NCBI RefSeq assembly: GCF_052425735.1
Contig: NC_135760.1
Coordinates: 5,890,001-5,954,000, forward strand
Source of the DNA: Oculina patagonica
Taxonomy: Eukaryota
Direction: 5' to 3'
DNA: 64,000 nucleotides
Numbering within the stretch: position 1 is the first letter of the stretch; each line of letters begins with the position of its first letter. Shown here in pieces: positions 24,101 to 37,365 of this stretch. A program made the translations under genes and the position numbers. The notes below the pieces were generated by a model that saw only the letters and a program-made list of their open reading frames with translations, was not told the DNA's origin and did no database searches.

Positions 24101-27100
24101 AAGAAAAGAATGGAAACACCTCCAAACAGTTGACCCCCTCGCAAGAGCACTCCGGGTTGTCAGGAGACTGTTTGGTATCCGTCCACCAATTTTTAACTTC
24201 AAATTCAAATTTTAAAATCACATTAAATCTCCAATATTTCTTATTTGTCTAAATTTTACTAATCCTTTGAGAAAAACTATCGCCTCCCAGACATCCCCCA
24301 AAATCGTCCAAAAATTAACAAAATACTGCAAAACAAATATATATGGGATAAGTTAAGTTTTTTTGGATTCCTTGAAACGCGGCTGAAATGGTTTTCAGTG
24401 TTTTCCAGCCCTTATACTTTGGGTCAGTACTACTATTCTTCACCAGTTGCTATTACAGTAATGGTATGAAACAAATACCTAATCATTGGTCAATAAGTTG
24501 TGATTATTTTCTTGACAATAGTAGTTACCTGATTAGGAGTTGTATACTGTTCCATTAAAGTGTAAGGGCTGGAAAATACTGAAATGCTTCAGCCACCTAA
24601 AGCGTTGGAAAAAAATTGGTCTTCAGGTAAAAACCCCGCCTTTATTAAGTATTGCGAAAAGGCTGCACTTTGCTAAGTGTTACAAATTTATATTTTCTAG
24701 ACGTCTAGTTCAATCGTTTATTTGTATTGTGCGAAATATATTTTTATAAATTGAGACCATTATGTCCTTAAGTAATAATGCAATCTTGAAAACATTCCAG
24801 ATTTTCATTATTAAATAGAAACACAAACAATTCAAATTTGGGAAAACAAGCCTGTCAAAATGACGTTGCCATGGTTACAAGTTACTGGCACAATAACTAA
24901 TCCTACCAAATTATTGCGAGATAAATTTTAGATAAACGCGCTAAGTTTGGCAGCGTTTGGTTGAATCTTGAAAAAGTTATAAGCGTCCAAAGTCAGCGCG
25001 GGCCTCAAAAGCCCCCCCCCCCCCCCCCCCCGGCCTGAATAGGTTTAAATGACTGTTTTTCCAGTGATTATTACTGTACTGTACCCTGCCTTTCAAGTCA
25101 AAACAGATAGCTAATTATTAAGCGCCCGATTTTAAGCTTCTCAAGCTTCTCAAGCTTCTTGTTTACTCTTACAGAAGCCTCTTTACAACACTTAAAAGTA
25201 TAATTATTTCTAGTGACCCCCCCTTACAGTCCATATTTTTTTGGCTGACCCCCCCTTTGAAGCCAATATTTTTGGGATGGCCCCCCCTCAAATCCCACCA
25301 GCCCCCCCTATCTCATAAAAAATGAACCGTCCCTTAAAATGTAAAAAAGCAGGTTTATTGACTACCTTCACTAAAAGTAAATATATTGTTATAAGTCAAT
25401 GTCTCTGCCTGGTTTATAAACAGTACCGGATCAAACCACCGATAATCTAAATCATAGATTTCCGCCAAACGTCGGAAGATACACCGCGAAAGATTTCTCC
25501 CGAATGTTTCTCACGAGGAACCCATTAACAAGTCCCATAATATCTTATTTTTCAGTGTAAGAGCCATGCTGACTGTGATCGTTGGATATTTTCGCCACAG
25601 GTGCGGCCGTTTTATTTTAAAACTGAATCAGTTAAAGATAACATTACAAAAACAAACAAGGAAATATCCCAGCAAATCTGGGGGAAAACCCGCCTCACGT
25701 TCGGTAAGATATAGGACAGGGAGCGGAGGGAGGGAAAACTGGAATACGCCATTTTGTGATAATGCTTCAACGAAAGTCGAACTAGTCCCCAGGTTGCCTC
25801 ATTTTCATGTAAGAAGAAATGATGTAATCCCTCACCGGAAGCTGGGAACTACTGCGTCACAAGCTACATAAAAACATTTATGTTTCCTGCGTGAAATAAA
25901 TATCCTTTCTAGAGCTGAGAGCATGCAGTGACCATCCGAACGATCCAACAGTCTTATTACCTCGATCTTCTATCTCCGCAAATAGCAACCACTTTTTAAA
26001 ATAATAATAATCGAGTTTTTTGAATACGCGCGGAAACAACTTGTGAGGTTTAGCCTTAATCTTTCAAATTGCAATTCATTTCCATTCAAGCCATCCGCAG
26101 CCACGAATGCGCTTGTTAACAGTTTCAGTGCTCTAACATAGTTGTTGTTAATAAAAATGGACCATTATTTCAACTAGGCTTCCTACGAGGAACAGTGTGA
26201 ATCCATGACAAAGCCCCTTCAAACCGCCGATAAGCTATTTTATTAATTTCTGCTAAATATCCGAATATACACCGTGAAAGATTTGTCAAATGTTACTAAA
26301 AAACCCAAATAACAAGTCCGTTAATATCTAATTTTCAGTGTAAGACCGATGCTGACTGTGATCGCCTAAAATGCTGCGGGCTTTTCGGCCGATGCTGGCC
26401 TAAAACAGGACCGTTTTGCCCTTCGTCTGTAAGTAATTCTGAAAGATATCAACAGTTTTAATTACGGGTTTGGGTATTTTTAGAGAGTAGTGACCATTCA
26501 AAGGATTCGACAAATTCAGTTCCTCGATCTTTTATTTTCTGCAAATAGCAATCACCGGACGGTTATAACATTTTCTGGCTTCCTGTAGCTGTCAACTGCG
26601 TACCATCAAGATATCATTATTTAGTAATATACAACAACTTTAAAAATAATTTTCGAATTTTCGAAGACGCGCGGAAACAACTTGTGACTTAAGTTGAGCC
26701 TTAATTCTTCAAATTGTAATCCATTTCCATCTAAGCCATCCGCAGCCAAAAATGCTTGTTAACAGTTTCAGTGTTCTAATATAGCAGTTGTTAATAAAAA
26801 TGAACAATTATTTCTAGGTTTCCTGCGACGAAAATATAAATTTTGGCGGCTCAAAACTGCTCTGTTAAAATCCGTGACAAGCCCCTCTAAACCACCGATA
26901 AGCTAATTTATAAATTTCAGCCAAATGTTCAAAGATACACCGTGGAAGATATCTCTCAATGTTTCTCAAAAAGGATCCCACTAATAAGTCCCTTTATATG
27001 TGATTTTCAGTGCCAGGCCGACGCTGACTGCCTTCGAGGACAATGCTGTTTTGTCGGTCAATGCAGGCCTAAAAGAGGACTGGGGGAGTTTTGCATTCCA

Positions 27101-28128
27101 AAAACTGTAAGTAATTCTGAAAGATATCAATAGTTTTAATTACGGGTTTGGGTATTTCTAGAGAGTAATGACCATACGAAGGATCCGACAGTTTTAGTAC
27201 CTCTTAAATTTCCTGCAAGTAGCACCCACCCGACGGGTATGGAAGTTTTGGCATCCTCTACTGTTGCCGGTCGACTTTGAAGACCACTTTGTGACCACTC
27301 TGGCAAACGGGACTGCATACCATTAAGATAGCACAATTTAATAATGCAACAGTAATAAAACTCTGTCATCTGGTAACAAAAATCCATCCAGACGTAACCA
27401 AAAAGTTATGAACTGAGACATCTTTAATGCATCTATAAACCGTGAAGAAACCCAAGGCCAAACTAGCTATCTTAGTTAAAATTATGTGTATCATGAAACT
27501 AATGAGCAAAGGTTTTGATATACATAGGCAAGTAAAAATAAACGATAATAACGAACGACGTTTCGGAGTCGTCATGACACCATTTTCAAGTTCAAAAATG
27601 AAAAGAATAAACTGTCAGAAAAAGTTCGCTTAAGATTAACATAATAAATATGCAATGTCACGCAAATAGTTTGGCTCGGATTGAGTCTGATTGGACATTT
27701 AGAGATGGTGACAATTCTCTAATTACTAGCATTTCATGCACTAAACAATCAAACTTATTCTTGCACTTCTTGATGACATGAAACTGTTTGTCAAGGTCTT
27801 TTGGGACAATACAGTGTTTGTCTCTATAATGCTTGCCAATAGATAATGTTTTGTTCTTGTGCTCGTCCACGCGCTGATGTAAATGCCTCAGTGTGTATCC
27901 TACATAACTTGCATCGCACAAGTCGCGAAAATCATGAAACTAAGCAGAAAAAAAAAATATCGCACATATACACCATTTTCCTTATTATTTTTTTTGTTTA
28001 TTTTCAAACAGACTTGCCAGCTTCGTTGTCACGATGACCTTGAGTGTCGACAATCGTATTATTTCTATAAATGCCTTGCTCCTCTCCCTCCTACGCCAAC
28101 TACTGTGGTGCCAACAGCTTCCGGCTAA
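21106..28128 (+). CDS. Cluster gene 4. Exons 21106-21546, [25556-25600 disrupted module], 26339-26428, 27011-27106, 28012-28128.
   Basis: Exon 1 MKLALFLILCLAFAFVVES-(acidic x8)-NDKRRLGQR|gtgagt. Modules CKTDADCDRLKCCGLFGRCWPKTGPFCPSS and CQADADCLRGQCCFVGQCRPKRGLGEFCIPKT. Last exon TCQLRCHDDLECRQSYYFYKCLAPLPPTPTTVVPTASG*. Confidence 0.85.
21710..25333. mobile_element. 3.6-kb non-autonomous PIF/Harbinger-like element in intron 1 of gene 4
   Basis: TTA-gggaccgttcattttttatg...ggggctggtgggatttga / tcaaatcccaccagcccc...cataaaaaatgaaccgtccc-TTA. Empty site cagccaaacaTTAaaatgt at about 7132-7150. Confidence 0.85.
27503..27930 (-). mobile_element. Penelope-like element 3' fragment (GIY-YIG endonuclease) in the last intron of gene 4
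   Basis: ORF 27658-27921 CDASYVGYTLRHLHQRVDEH...EMLVIRELSPSLNVQSD. Flanking direct repeat atcatgaaactaa at 27490 and 27931. Confidence 0.85.
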
Positions 28129-29542
28129 AAAATGACCCGCAAAGAAAAATGGTTGATCCTCTTAACGGAAAAGAGATTTAATTTGTAGTTGTTGAATGTT
28201 ATGTGATCTAACAATCTGTAAACGGTTAAATAAGCTGTTGTAAACGATAATAATGTTATATAACCCATGCAACAACGAGTAAATTACTGTACGTACGGTG
28301 AAAGAAGTTTCTTTTGTCCAGATAAGTGACTGAATATGAAAGGATGCCTACAGATCAGATGCCTGTACATTTCGCAACTGCAAAATCTTAATGTGATGCC
28401 CTCGCCACGCATTGAACATAAGAGAATAGGTTTCAAAATGTTTAGTCGTTGTTGTTTAAGGACTCTCGGAGCGTTAGATTAGTCCGCCAAGCGTCCAAAA
28501 GCCCGTTTAAGTAGCCTCTGTTTTTGTGCATAACGATTTTTCTCACTTGTTACGGCCAATTCCACACTTTCACGATCTTACCTGCTTTGACGCTTTGACA
28601 TAAAATTGCCATTACATGTTTCCCCAACGCTTGCCATACGTTACATCTATTTCTTCGCTTGTTTTTATTTCACATATTTTTCAGCGTCAGAGTGAAGAGA
28701 TTGTAGAGTTGAAATTACGCAAGCTCTTTTTCGAGCGAAGTACGCTAAGAAAACTTTGAGGAAATGATCCTTCGCATAAAGCCATGATATTTTCCCCTAA
28801 ATTTCGGTAAGACAATGAAAGGACTGTACGTTAGCGCGCAGTGTCTGTTTGTTTGAAACCATGTAACATCAATAACGATATCGGCTCAAGGGAGTCTGGG
28901 CTCTACATCTCAAACACCGCGCGGACAACGGGGCAAGAGAGAACGCCAAGGGACTAGGCTACGATATCTCACGTATTTTATATTTGCCGTAAATTTAGCT
29001 CCGGTAAACAAAATAGCATTTTGCAAGTATTTTTCTCTATGCGTAGGAGCGTTTCCCACGAGGTTTCCTTGGCTTTCTTCTGGTTGAGGCCACGCGAATT
29101 TAAATCCTGACCACGTTCTTAATTGTTAACCCTTGGAAGTATACGTCTGAAGGAACGCGAAGGTACGCCGAAGTATACGTCAGAGGGTACATTGTTTTGC
29201 AAATTAAAATATGTTCCTGCACTTGTATACTTTCCCGATCTTGTCCCACGTTGCCAGACGTTTGATGCTGTTTTTGTTATGGTCACCACTTTTATATTTT
29301 CTAGCGGCATTTTGAGAAGAACGTGGATTCACACGCAAGTGGCTTCAAGCTATGATAAACAGTCGCCGGAAAAGAGCTCAAGAACTTGCGTTATTAGTTT
29401 TATTTGTTTGCTCTTTCTTCAAGTGTTTTACTCGATATTGATAAGCAGGCAGGGATCTAAGAAGATTTCCTAAGGTCCCAAAGATTTCACAAAGTTGATT
29501 TCAGAGGACGAATTATCAACTGAAAGTGGGGTCAATGTCTGG

Positions 29543-29940
29543 TGAAACATTCACGCAGTTATTTACACTAGAACTTTATTTCATGTAAATTAGGTTTCGT
29601 TTCCCGCGTCCCACTGGGACAAAGTCTTTGCGCTTTGCGCATATTTTATATATATTTTTTAAAAACCGTTAGCAGTTGTGGGCAACGTTCGTTACTATAA
29701 AAATCGATATCATACCTTAGGCTATCTTGCTGGCGATTCATTCGGGAAAAATTCTGTAAGTTTATGTTCTTTTGCTTCTTTTGTTCTTTGTTTTTATTCC
29801 GCTAGGTTTGTTGTTAATATTTATTTTGTTGCTGTTCTTTCTTTTTTTTTCTAGTCAAACTCGTAGTTGTAAATGATAATAAATGTGCGATGTTTGGAGG
29901 TCCCGTTTGATGATTTTGCTACTCTTATGCGACGATAACA
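29543..29940 (+). repeat. 5' LTR
   Basis: Near-identical to 34625-35023. Confidence 0.95.
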
Positions 29941-32900
29941 TTGTTTGAAGAATTTCCTTGATGTTTGAGATGTCTAATGTGGATCCTGAAGGTCCTGAAG
30001 TTATTTCGACGATTGAAGCGGCGACTGGTGGAGTTAGGATAAGACAACCAAATGTTACCATCGATCAATCCGCGGTTACGAACAAGCGAATTCTTATATT
30101 GAAAGCTTCTAGAAGCGCCGCCAAAGGAGTAGTCACCCGTAAGCAGAATGAAGCTAGAGAAATTATGTCCGATTTTGGCGACGTAAACGACCTCGAGCGA
30201 AAAAGCATCGAGTTGGATGAAGCGATTGATAAATTTAAAACAGCGCACCAAGCTTATCACGATAAACTCGACGACCAAAATGAGATCGACGATTAACATG
30301 AATACTACGAAACTGCAATACTTCTTGCTAACGATACTAAAAGAATTATCGACGATTGGATACAAGGTTTCAATTTACCGCCACAAGCTACCGACCTTCC
30401 GGAAATTAACCCGGACGATTCTATCAGCTGCGCTGGTTCCCAAGTTCCCCCTAAAGTTACGGGTTTGTCGCAGAAATCGACGAAGCTCAGTGAGCAATGC
30501 TAGGATAGCAGTTGCGGTAAAGAGAGCGTCTTTAACAGCCCAAGCCTCTATGCTACGAAAGCAACAAGCCTTGCAGCAGGAAGAACTACGCTTACAACAA
30601 AGGAAACAAGAGTTAGCACGCGAAACTGAAATTGCAAAGGCCGAAGCAAAAGAACGTGTCCTTGCGCAAGCCGAGGCGGGCGTTCCAGAGCGTGTTACGG
30701 ACGTTGGACTTCGAAGTACTGCACCTACTGAAGAAACTGAATTCAGAGTAACTAAAGAAGAGCCTGAGAACAGTCAGAAACTTCGTGCACTGGACAAGCA
30801 TCGTCCATCATCTGAGATAAATGCTAACGATTTTAGCATTTATTAGCATATTTCGATTTTGTTATTTTTCTTTTACTTTAAAGTGTCCCCATTTAGTGGT
30901 TTTATTACTGCTATTTTAGTTTTTGACACTCAAATAAAGGTTTTATTATTTATTATTATTATTAACGAAAGGCGACGCGTTGTAATTGAGGACAGAGAAT
31001 CTCAGCATTCAATTTCTAGCGAAGAAGGATTTCTTCAATTAATAGAGTTGCAACGTCAGCAGCAAGAGCAGAGTCGTAACATGATTAACATCCAGCAACA
31101 ACAAAACCAGCAAGTGCAACAATTGCTGAAGCAACAGCAGCTTCATACTTTGGCCCTAACCTTGCCTCAACCTGAAGTTCTCACATTTACAGGCGATCCC
31201 ATCGAATATTGCAGTTTCATTAGAGCCTTTGAGAGTATGATTGAGGCCAAAACGGCGAGTCCTAGCTCAAGAATGTACTACCTCGTACAGTATACAGCTG
31301 GCGACGTACAGGAGTTAATGCGCAGTTGTCTTGCAATGGATTCCGATAAAGGATATCTAGAGGCCCGAAAGTTGCTTGCCAAGCGCTATGGTCAACCGTA
31401 TAAGATTGCATCTGCCTATGTCGATCGCGTTACTAATGGTCCTGTGATAAAAGCTGAAGACGAAACAGCGTTACAGTCGTTTTCTGTCCTTTTGACAAGC
31501 TGTAAGAACACTTTGAACGATATCGGATACCTAAGCAAGATTGAGAACCCAGATAGTCTAAGAAAAGTAGTGGCCAGACTTCCGTTCAATTTGCGCCAAA
31601 AGTGGCGTGACGTGGCTGATGATATCACGGAGACGAAAGCAAGTAACATTTGCCGATATTGCGAATTTTGTAGAGATGAAAGCTCGAGTATTAACGCATC
31701 CAATATTTGGAGACATTTCGAGGGAGCTGGAAAACAGAACTGTTCTCGAGGGAAGGAAACCAATGAGCAGGAGGGCCTCTTCGTTTGGAGCAGACGCCCA
31801 TGATCCCCATAGCATTAACGAAGGCGTGGCAAATGACGTCTTGGAGTCACGATCCAGCGACCCTAGTCAGAATTGTTCTCTGTGCAGAGCCTCTCATTGG
31901 TTGTCCCAGTGTAGGGATTTTAGAAGGAGAAGTGTCCGTGACAGATATGAAGTCGTACGAGAGAAAGAGCTTTGCTACAACTGTCTGGTCCCAGGTCATT
32001 ATGCTTCAACGTGCCCAAAGACGAGTTTTTGCAAGGTGGATGGATGCAGTGACAAACATTCGACATTCCTGCGTCCACCAGCAGCACGAGTTGGCAACGA
32101 AACGCAGCTAGAGATAGGAGCCCAGAGTGCTTATGTAGATGTGGGCCAGTCGCGGTGTGCCTTTACTGGGGCCGGAACGTCGGTAACGGGATTACCTGTA
32201 GTGCCAGTCAAAGTAAGAGCCAAGGGCGGCGACACCATGGTACACACTTATGCCTTTTTAGATGGTGGCTCGAATACGTCTTTCTGCAGCGATCAGCTAA
32301 TGAAGCAGCTCGGAATCAAAGGCATTAACACCACCCTATCGCTAACAACGATGGAAAGAGAGAATAGTACAAAAAGGAGTGCATTGGTCCAGTTGGAAGT
32401 TTTCGACTTTGATGAAAACAATTTCATTGAGCTACCTCTCGTGTTCTCTACACCTAAACTTCCAATAGCTTCAGAGAGCATATCCAGTCAAGGTGATGTC
32501 GACAGGTGACCCCATCTGGAAGGAATACGCGTCACTGAAATAGAAGCCAATGTTGGTTTGTTGATAGGCCACGATGTACCTAAAGCTCTGGAACCGAAAG
32601 AGGTTAGAGAAAGTCAGAATGGAGGTCCATATGCGACCAGAACATTACTGGACTGGGCGGTCAATAATGGCCCATTGGGCAGAACCGGAAAGGCTACACG
32701 CACTACAAACTTTGTTCAAACGGACACTGCACTTGACCAACAGTTCCAGAGATTTTGCAATATGGAGTTCAACGATTCTTTGCTTGACAATGAGAGAGCA
32801 CTAGAGGACAGAAGAGCCCTGAAGATTATGGAAACTACTGCTGTTCTTAAAGAAGGTCATTATGAAATTGCTTTGCCGTGGGGATGTCCTCCACCCTGCC

Positions 32901-34624
32901 TCCCGAATAACAAGCTTTTGGCAGAACATCGACTGAGGCTGCTGCGAAGAAGACTTAGCAGAGATCAAGACCTCTTTCAGAAGTACTCGGCTTTCATTGA
33001 CAACCTCCTTGATAAAGCCTCTGCAAGAATGGTCCCGGATTATCAACTAAGCCGTCCGGGTGTAGCTACGTGGTTCTTACCGCACCATTCGGTTTTCCAC
33101 CCTAAGAAGCCTGGGAAAGTTCGTGTCGTATTCGATTGTGCAGCCAAGTACAGGGGTGTTTCCCTCAATGATGTACCGTTGCAAGGTCCAGACATGACCA
33201 ACACCCTTATCGGTGTTCTACCTCGGTTCCGACAAGAAAGGATAGCCATCATGGCCGATGTCGAGTCTATGTTCTATCAAGGCCGCGTTCGTCCAGACGA
33301 TTCGGATGTGCTTCGCTTCTTGTGGTGACCTGGCGGTAATTTAGAAAGTCGACCCGAAGAGTATCAGATGAGAGTTCATTTATTCGGCGCTGTGTCCTCC
33401 GCCAGCTATGCGAACCTTGCTCTCAGGAAGACGGCCGAGGATAACCTGCATTAGTACGATTTCGAGGTCATTAACACAGTCAAAAGAAACTTCTATGTAG
33501 ACGACTGCCTAAAGTCCGTGCCTGGTGAAAATGAAGCTATCCGTCTGACCGCTGACCTCAGAAGGCTTCTAGAAAAGGGAGGATTCAATTTGATTAAATG
33601 GGACGTAGAAAGTGACAAGTTCTGTTCTGTCGGATTACTGTCTGTTGTCTCTTCAGTATATGATCCTCTTGGTTTCGCAGCCCCAGTAATCTTCCCAGCC
33701 AAAGTGATATTACAAGATTTATGTCGAAAGAAACTGGAATGGGATGACCCAATTCCCTATGAAGAAAAAAGTCGTTGGCTAAAATGGTTACAGGATCTGT
33801 CCAAGCTCGAGCAATTCTCGGTTGATCGCTGTTTCAAGCCACAGAACTTGGGTAAACCATGTCGCTGCAACTTCACCATTTCTCTGACGCCTCTCAACAA
33901 GGCTATGGTGCGGTCTTTTACCTCAGATCTCTAGATGACGAAGGCGTAATACATTGTTCTTTCGTAATGGGGAAAGCGCGTACTGCCCCGCTGAAGTCTA
34001 TAACAATACCAAGATTACAATTGTCAGCAGCTGTACTAGCATCAAAGCTAGACAAGATTATTCGAAGAGAGATCGACCTTCCGATACATGAATCCGTGTT
34101 TTGGACGGATAGTACCTGCGTAATCAACTACATTAGACGCAACCGACCACTGTCAAAGAAATTCCTGATGACGATCCTGAAATCAATAGGGAGATTCGGA
34201 CGCATTTCATTGTATCCGACGCTGAGATCGATAGCATGAATCAGTTGTTTGGGAACTTTTCATCATGGTCTCGCCTTAAAAGATCTTTGCCTGGGTTTTG
34301 CGCTATCGGGAGAGATTAAGGACACCGTGCGAAAGGCGTAAAGGGGGTTCGCTACCGGAACTGAAATCCTCTTCACGTTAAATTGGCTTTATCCGCTCTA
34401 GCTTAAGGATACTGGATTTTTGCGTGGTTTTCTTGACTGATTTTCAAGCCCAAAGCCTACCGCGATATTGGAAATGATTGCGATGGATGATTTGTTTATG
34501 GAATTTAGAAGGGAATCCCCTTCTTTGTACATTACAAGGAACTGAACTTATTACTTTAACGCGGACTGCTAATGTAACTATTGTTTGTTAAATGCTATAA
34601 GTATCCCGCATTTAGAGGCCGGGA

Positions 34625-35023
34625 TGAAACATTCACGCAGTTATTTACACTAGAACTTTATTTCATGTAAATTAGGTTTCGTTTCCCGCGTCCCACTGGG
34701 ACAAAGTCTTTGCGCTTTGCGCATAATTTATATATATATTTTTTAAAAACCGTTAGCAGTTGTGGGCAACGTTCGTTACTATAAAAATCGATATCATACC
34801 TTAGGCTATCTTGCTGGCGGTTCATTCGGGAAAAATTCTGTAAGTTTATGTTCTTTTGCTTCTTTTGTTCTTTGTTTTTATTCCGCTAGGTTTGTTGTTA
34901 ATATTTATTTTGTTGCTGTTCTTTCTTTTTTTTCTAGTCAAACTCGTAGTTGTAAATGATAATAAATGTGCGATGTTTGGAGGTCCCGTTTGATGATTTT
35001 GCTATTATTATGCGACGATAACA
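34625..35023 (+). repeat. 3' LTR
   Basis: Preceded by purine-rich agaggccggga and followed by TSD tctgg. Confidence 0.95.
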
Positions 35024-35487
35024 TCTGGAACGTAGCAATGAAGAGTCAATTTTAACCTGCGATCAGGCTTTCTTTTTCTCGCGCGGAGGGAGGGCGAAAA
35101 AGAAGGAATTCATTTTTCCGTTGACTACACCGCCGCGAGAAAAATAACGCCTGATCGCAGGTTAAGTCAATTTGAGAACCATGCCCATGCCCTATGACAT
35201 TTTTGAAATATTAACTTTAATTAATTAAGCCTGTGAGAATTTTGAAGCTGCCTCCTAGAGGCGCGCTGAGAGGGACCATGGTCCTTGTACTACTTTTTCT
35301 TTCCCCTGTACGTGGCTTTTCACAACGGAAGGAGTTTTTGATAATCAGCAGCTGATAAAGTGAGAAAAAGTCTTACCAATCATGCCCAAGTACGAATGGA
35401 TGAATTGTGTTGGAGAAACAGGCAATAAACCTCTTACTTCCAACTCCTGATACTCTGGGCGCAAATCATTTACAGTTAAAACTACTC

Positions 35488-35690
35488 GGGGAGCAGGGAT
35501 AGCGCAGTGGTGAGAGCGCTCGATTCCCACCAATGTGGCCCGGGTTCGATTCCCGGACCCGGCTTCATATGTGGGTTGAATTTGTTGTTGGTTCTCGTCC
35601 TTGCTCCGAGGGTTTTTCTCCGGGTTCTCCAGTTTTTCTCCCTCAACAAAAACCAACACTTCTCAATTCCAATTCGATCGGGGATTCAGG
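35488..35690 (+). mobile_element. tRNA-derived SINE with a V-domain-like core
   Basis: A-box tagcgcagtgg, B-box ggttcgattcc, core gggtttttctccgggttctccagttttt. A more degenerate copy lies on the minus strand at about 45130-45378. Confidence 0.8.
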
Positions 35691-36646
35691 GCCACAATAA
35701 AAACTACTGGGACACCAGTAATTGTGTTACCCAACAAAAGTCGTTTTTCTGTTAAAATTAAAGGCTTAAATGCAAGTTTACGCCGATCAACGGTTTAACA
35801 GGGATAGGAAATATATTCCGTGTAGGCCTAAAAACAAAAGTAAGGTAAAAAATGTGTGAAAAGCGTGCTAAGAGTGTTGAAAGTATATAAATGGATAAGC
35901 AAGGCAAAAAGGTACAAATCTAAATAAGAAACGAGTCAAATTAAATGGCCCAATGAGTGAGTGTCGTTGTACAAAGTGTCTCTCCAGATATGCTAACTGA
36001 AAATAGCCGTTAGAACAAAAAATCAGCGAGTTCGCTGGAATCCTATCTGAAGTTTATGAAGGTTTGTATTTTCTTATGTAAAATGCTTCGAATAAGCGTA
36101 TACCTCTCTGGGTCGTGTGTTTGTGTGCAAACCATTTAATATCTGATAAACGGACTAAATTAATGACAAATTTTTATGTTTTCTTTAGGACTTAAAACGT
36201 GCAAGTTGCTTGTTTGATTCGTAACTTGATAAACCAAACAAAGATCGGGATCAATAATATGCTTTTAAGATGTTTATCTAAGTATGCCATCACAATACTT
36301 ATCTTAAACACAAACACGCGAACAAAATTTTCCCAACATTTCGAGGCATAGAAATTACTATTTTTGGGCCGCATTTATTTATTTTTTTTTTTTTTGCTGT
36401 AGAGAAATATTAAAGATTTCGGTATTGAACAAAAACATAAACAACAGTATTTTAATTCACTAGTTGTAGTACAGAAGAGTCCAAGCGTCTGAAACCAAGC
36501 ACGTCCGTAGCGTTCGTTAGTCTTTAGCCAAATCGCCCAGCTGCCCCAACTATTTATTTTACATTTGAAAGTGTTTAAGAGCATTAACAAAATGGTAAAA
36601 TGTTTGGTCGAAAATCAACTACTGAAAGGCGTTCTTATCGGTATCC

Positions 36647-36791
36647 GGTCACCTCGCCACCAGGGAATCTCGCCACCAACCAACTCGCCACCAAAACTGG
36701 TGTATTCCTCGTTCTTTAATCCATGAGCCGAGGTGACTTCGCTTTGTGGCGAGTTGGTTGGTGGCGAGATTGCTTGGTGGCGAGGTGACCG
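36647..36791. mobile_element. Small palindromic MITE
   Basis: cggtcacctcgccacca...tggtggcgaggtgaccg with internal ctcgccacc repeats; absent from the paralogous site at about 5890. Confidence 0.65.
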
Positions 36792-36811
36792 GCATTCTTC
36801 TTATCAAACCA

Positions 36812-37100
36812 ATGGTGTCCATCTGAGAGCAACTTTATAAATGCTGGTAGATTCTCTACGGAGCACATGACCAACCCAACTCCATCGTTTCCGCGTGAGA
36901 ACAATACTTATTTCCTCCTGTTCTGTCAATTTAAAGAGCTCGTTGTTGGAGATCTTTTGTGGCCAAAAGATGTGCAAGATTTTTCGGAGACAAGATGTGT
37001 GAAAGCTTTGCAGCTTTTTCAAGTCGTGCACAGTCATTCTCCAACATTCAGATCCGTAAAGTAGTACAGAGAGTATACTTGCTTCTCTGTCGGATGTCGA
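36812..37100 (-). mobile_element. RTE-clade LINE 3' fragment
   Basis: LLYGSECWRMTVHDLKKLQSFHTSCLRKILHIFWPQKISNNEL...RKRWSWVGHVLRRE...KVALRWTP. Confidence 0.8.
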
Positions 37101-37365
37101 TGTCAGCCCCCCCCCCCCCCCCCATCACTGCAGACTGTACTACCAAGAGACAATAAGGGAGAGAAATTGAGGGCGCTGGAGAAAAACGAAATAAAAAAAA
37201 AGCTCTGAATCAGTGAAGTAGATAGCTTTTTTTCTTATTTTAATAACGATTCTCTTTATCTAAAGTCAACATTAATCAACATCAATCCTAAACTGCTTTT
37301 ATTATATTTGCTTTCATCATTATAGTTTTGACTATAGTTTGCTGTTTTATCTATCCCAACATAAA

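Larger units (their letters stand above)
29543..35023 (+). mobile_element. BEL/Pao LTR retrotransposon, degenerate and internally deleted
   Basis: TG...CA LTRs at 29543-29940 and 34625-35023, TSD TCTGG. Gag with CCHC-type knuckles (CSLCRASHWLSQC, CYNCLVPGHYASTC), protease (AFLDGGSNTSF), RT (VRVVFDCAAK, ADVESMFYQ, FYVDD) and Pao RNase H region (LHHFSDASQQGYGAV, FWTDS). Stops and frameshifts present; no integrase core seen. Confidence 0.95.

Noticed and set aside
35495-35570. tRNA gene
   Set aside because: A and B boxes are present, but I could not form a convincing cloverleaf; the sequence continues into a SINE body that recurs at about 45.2 kb
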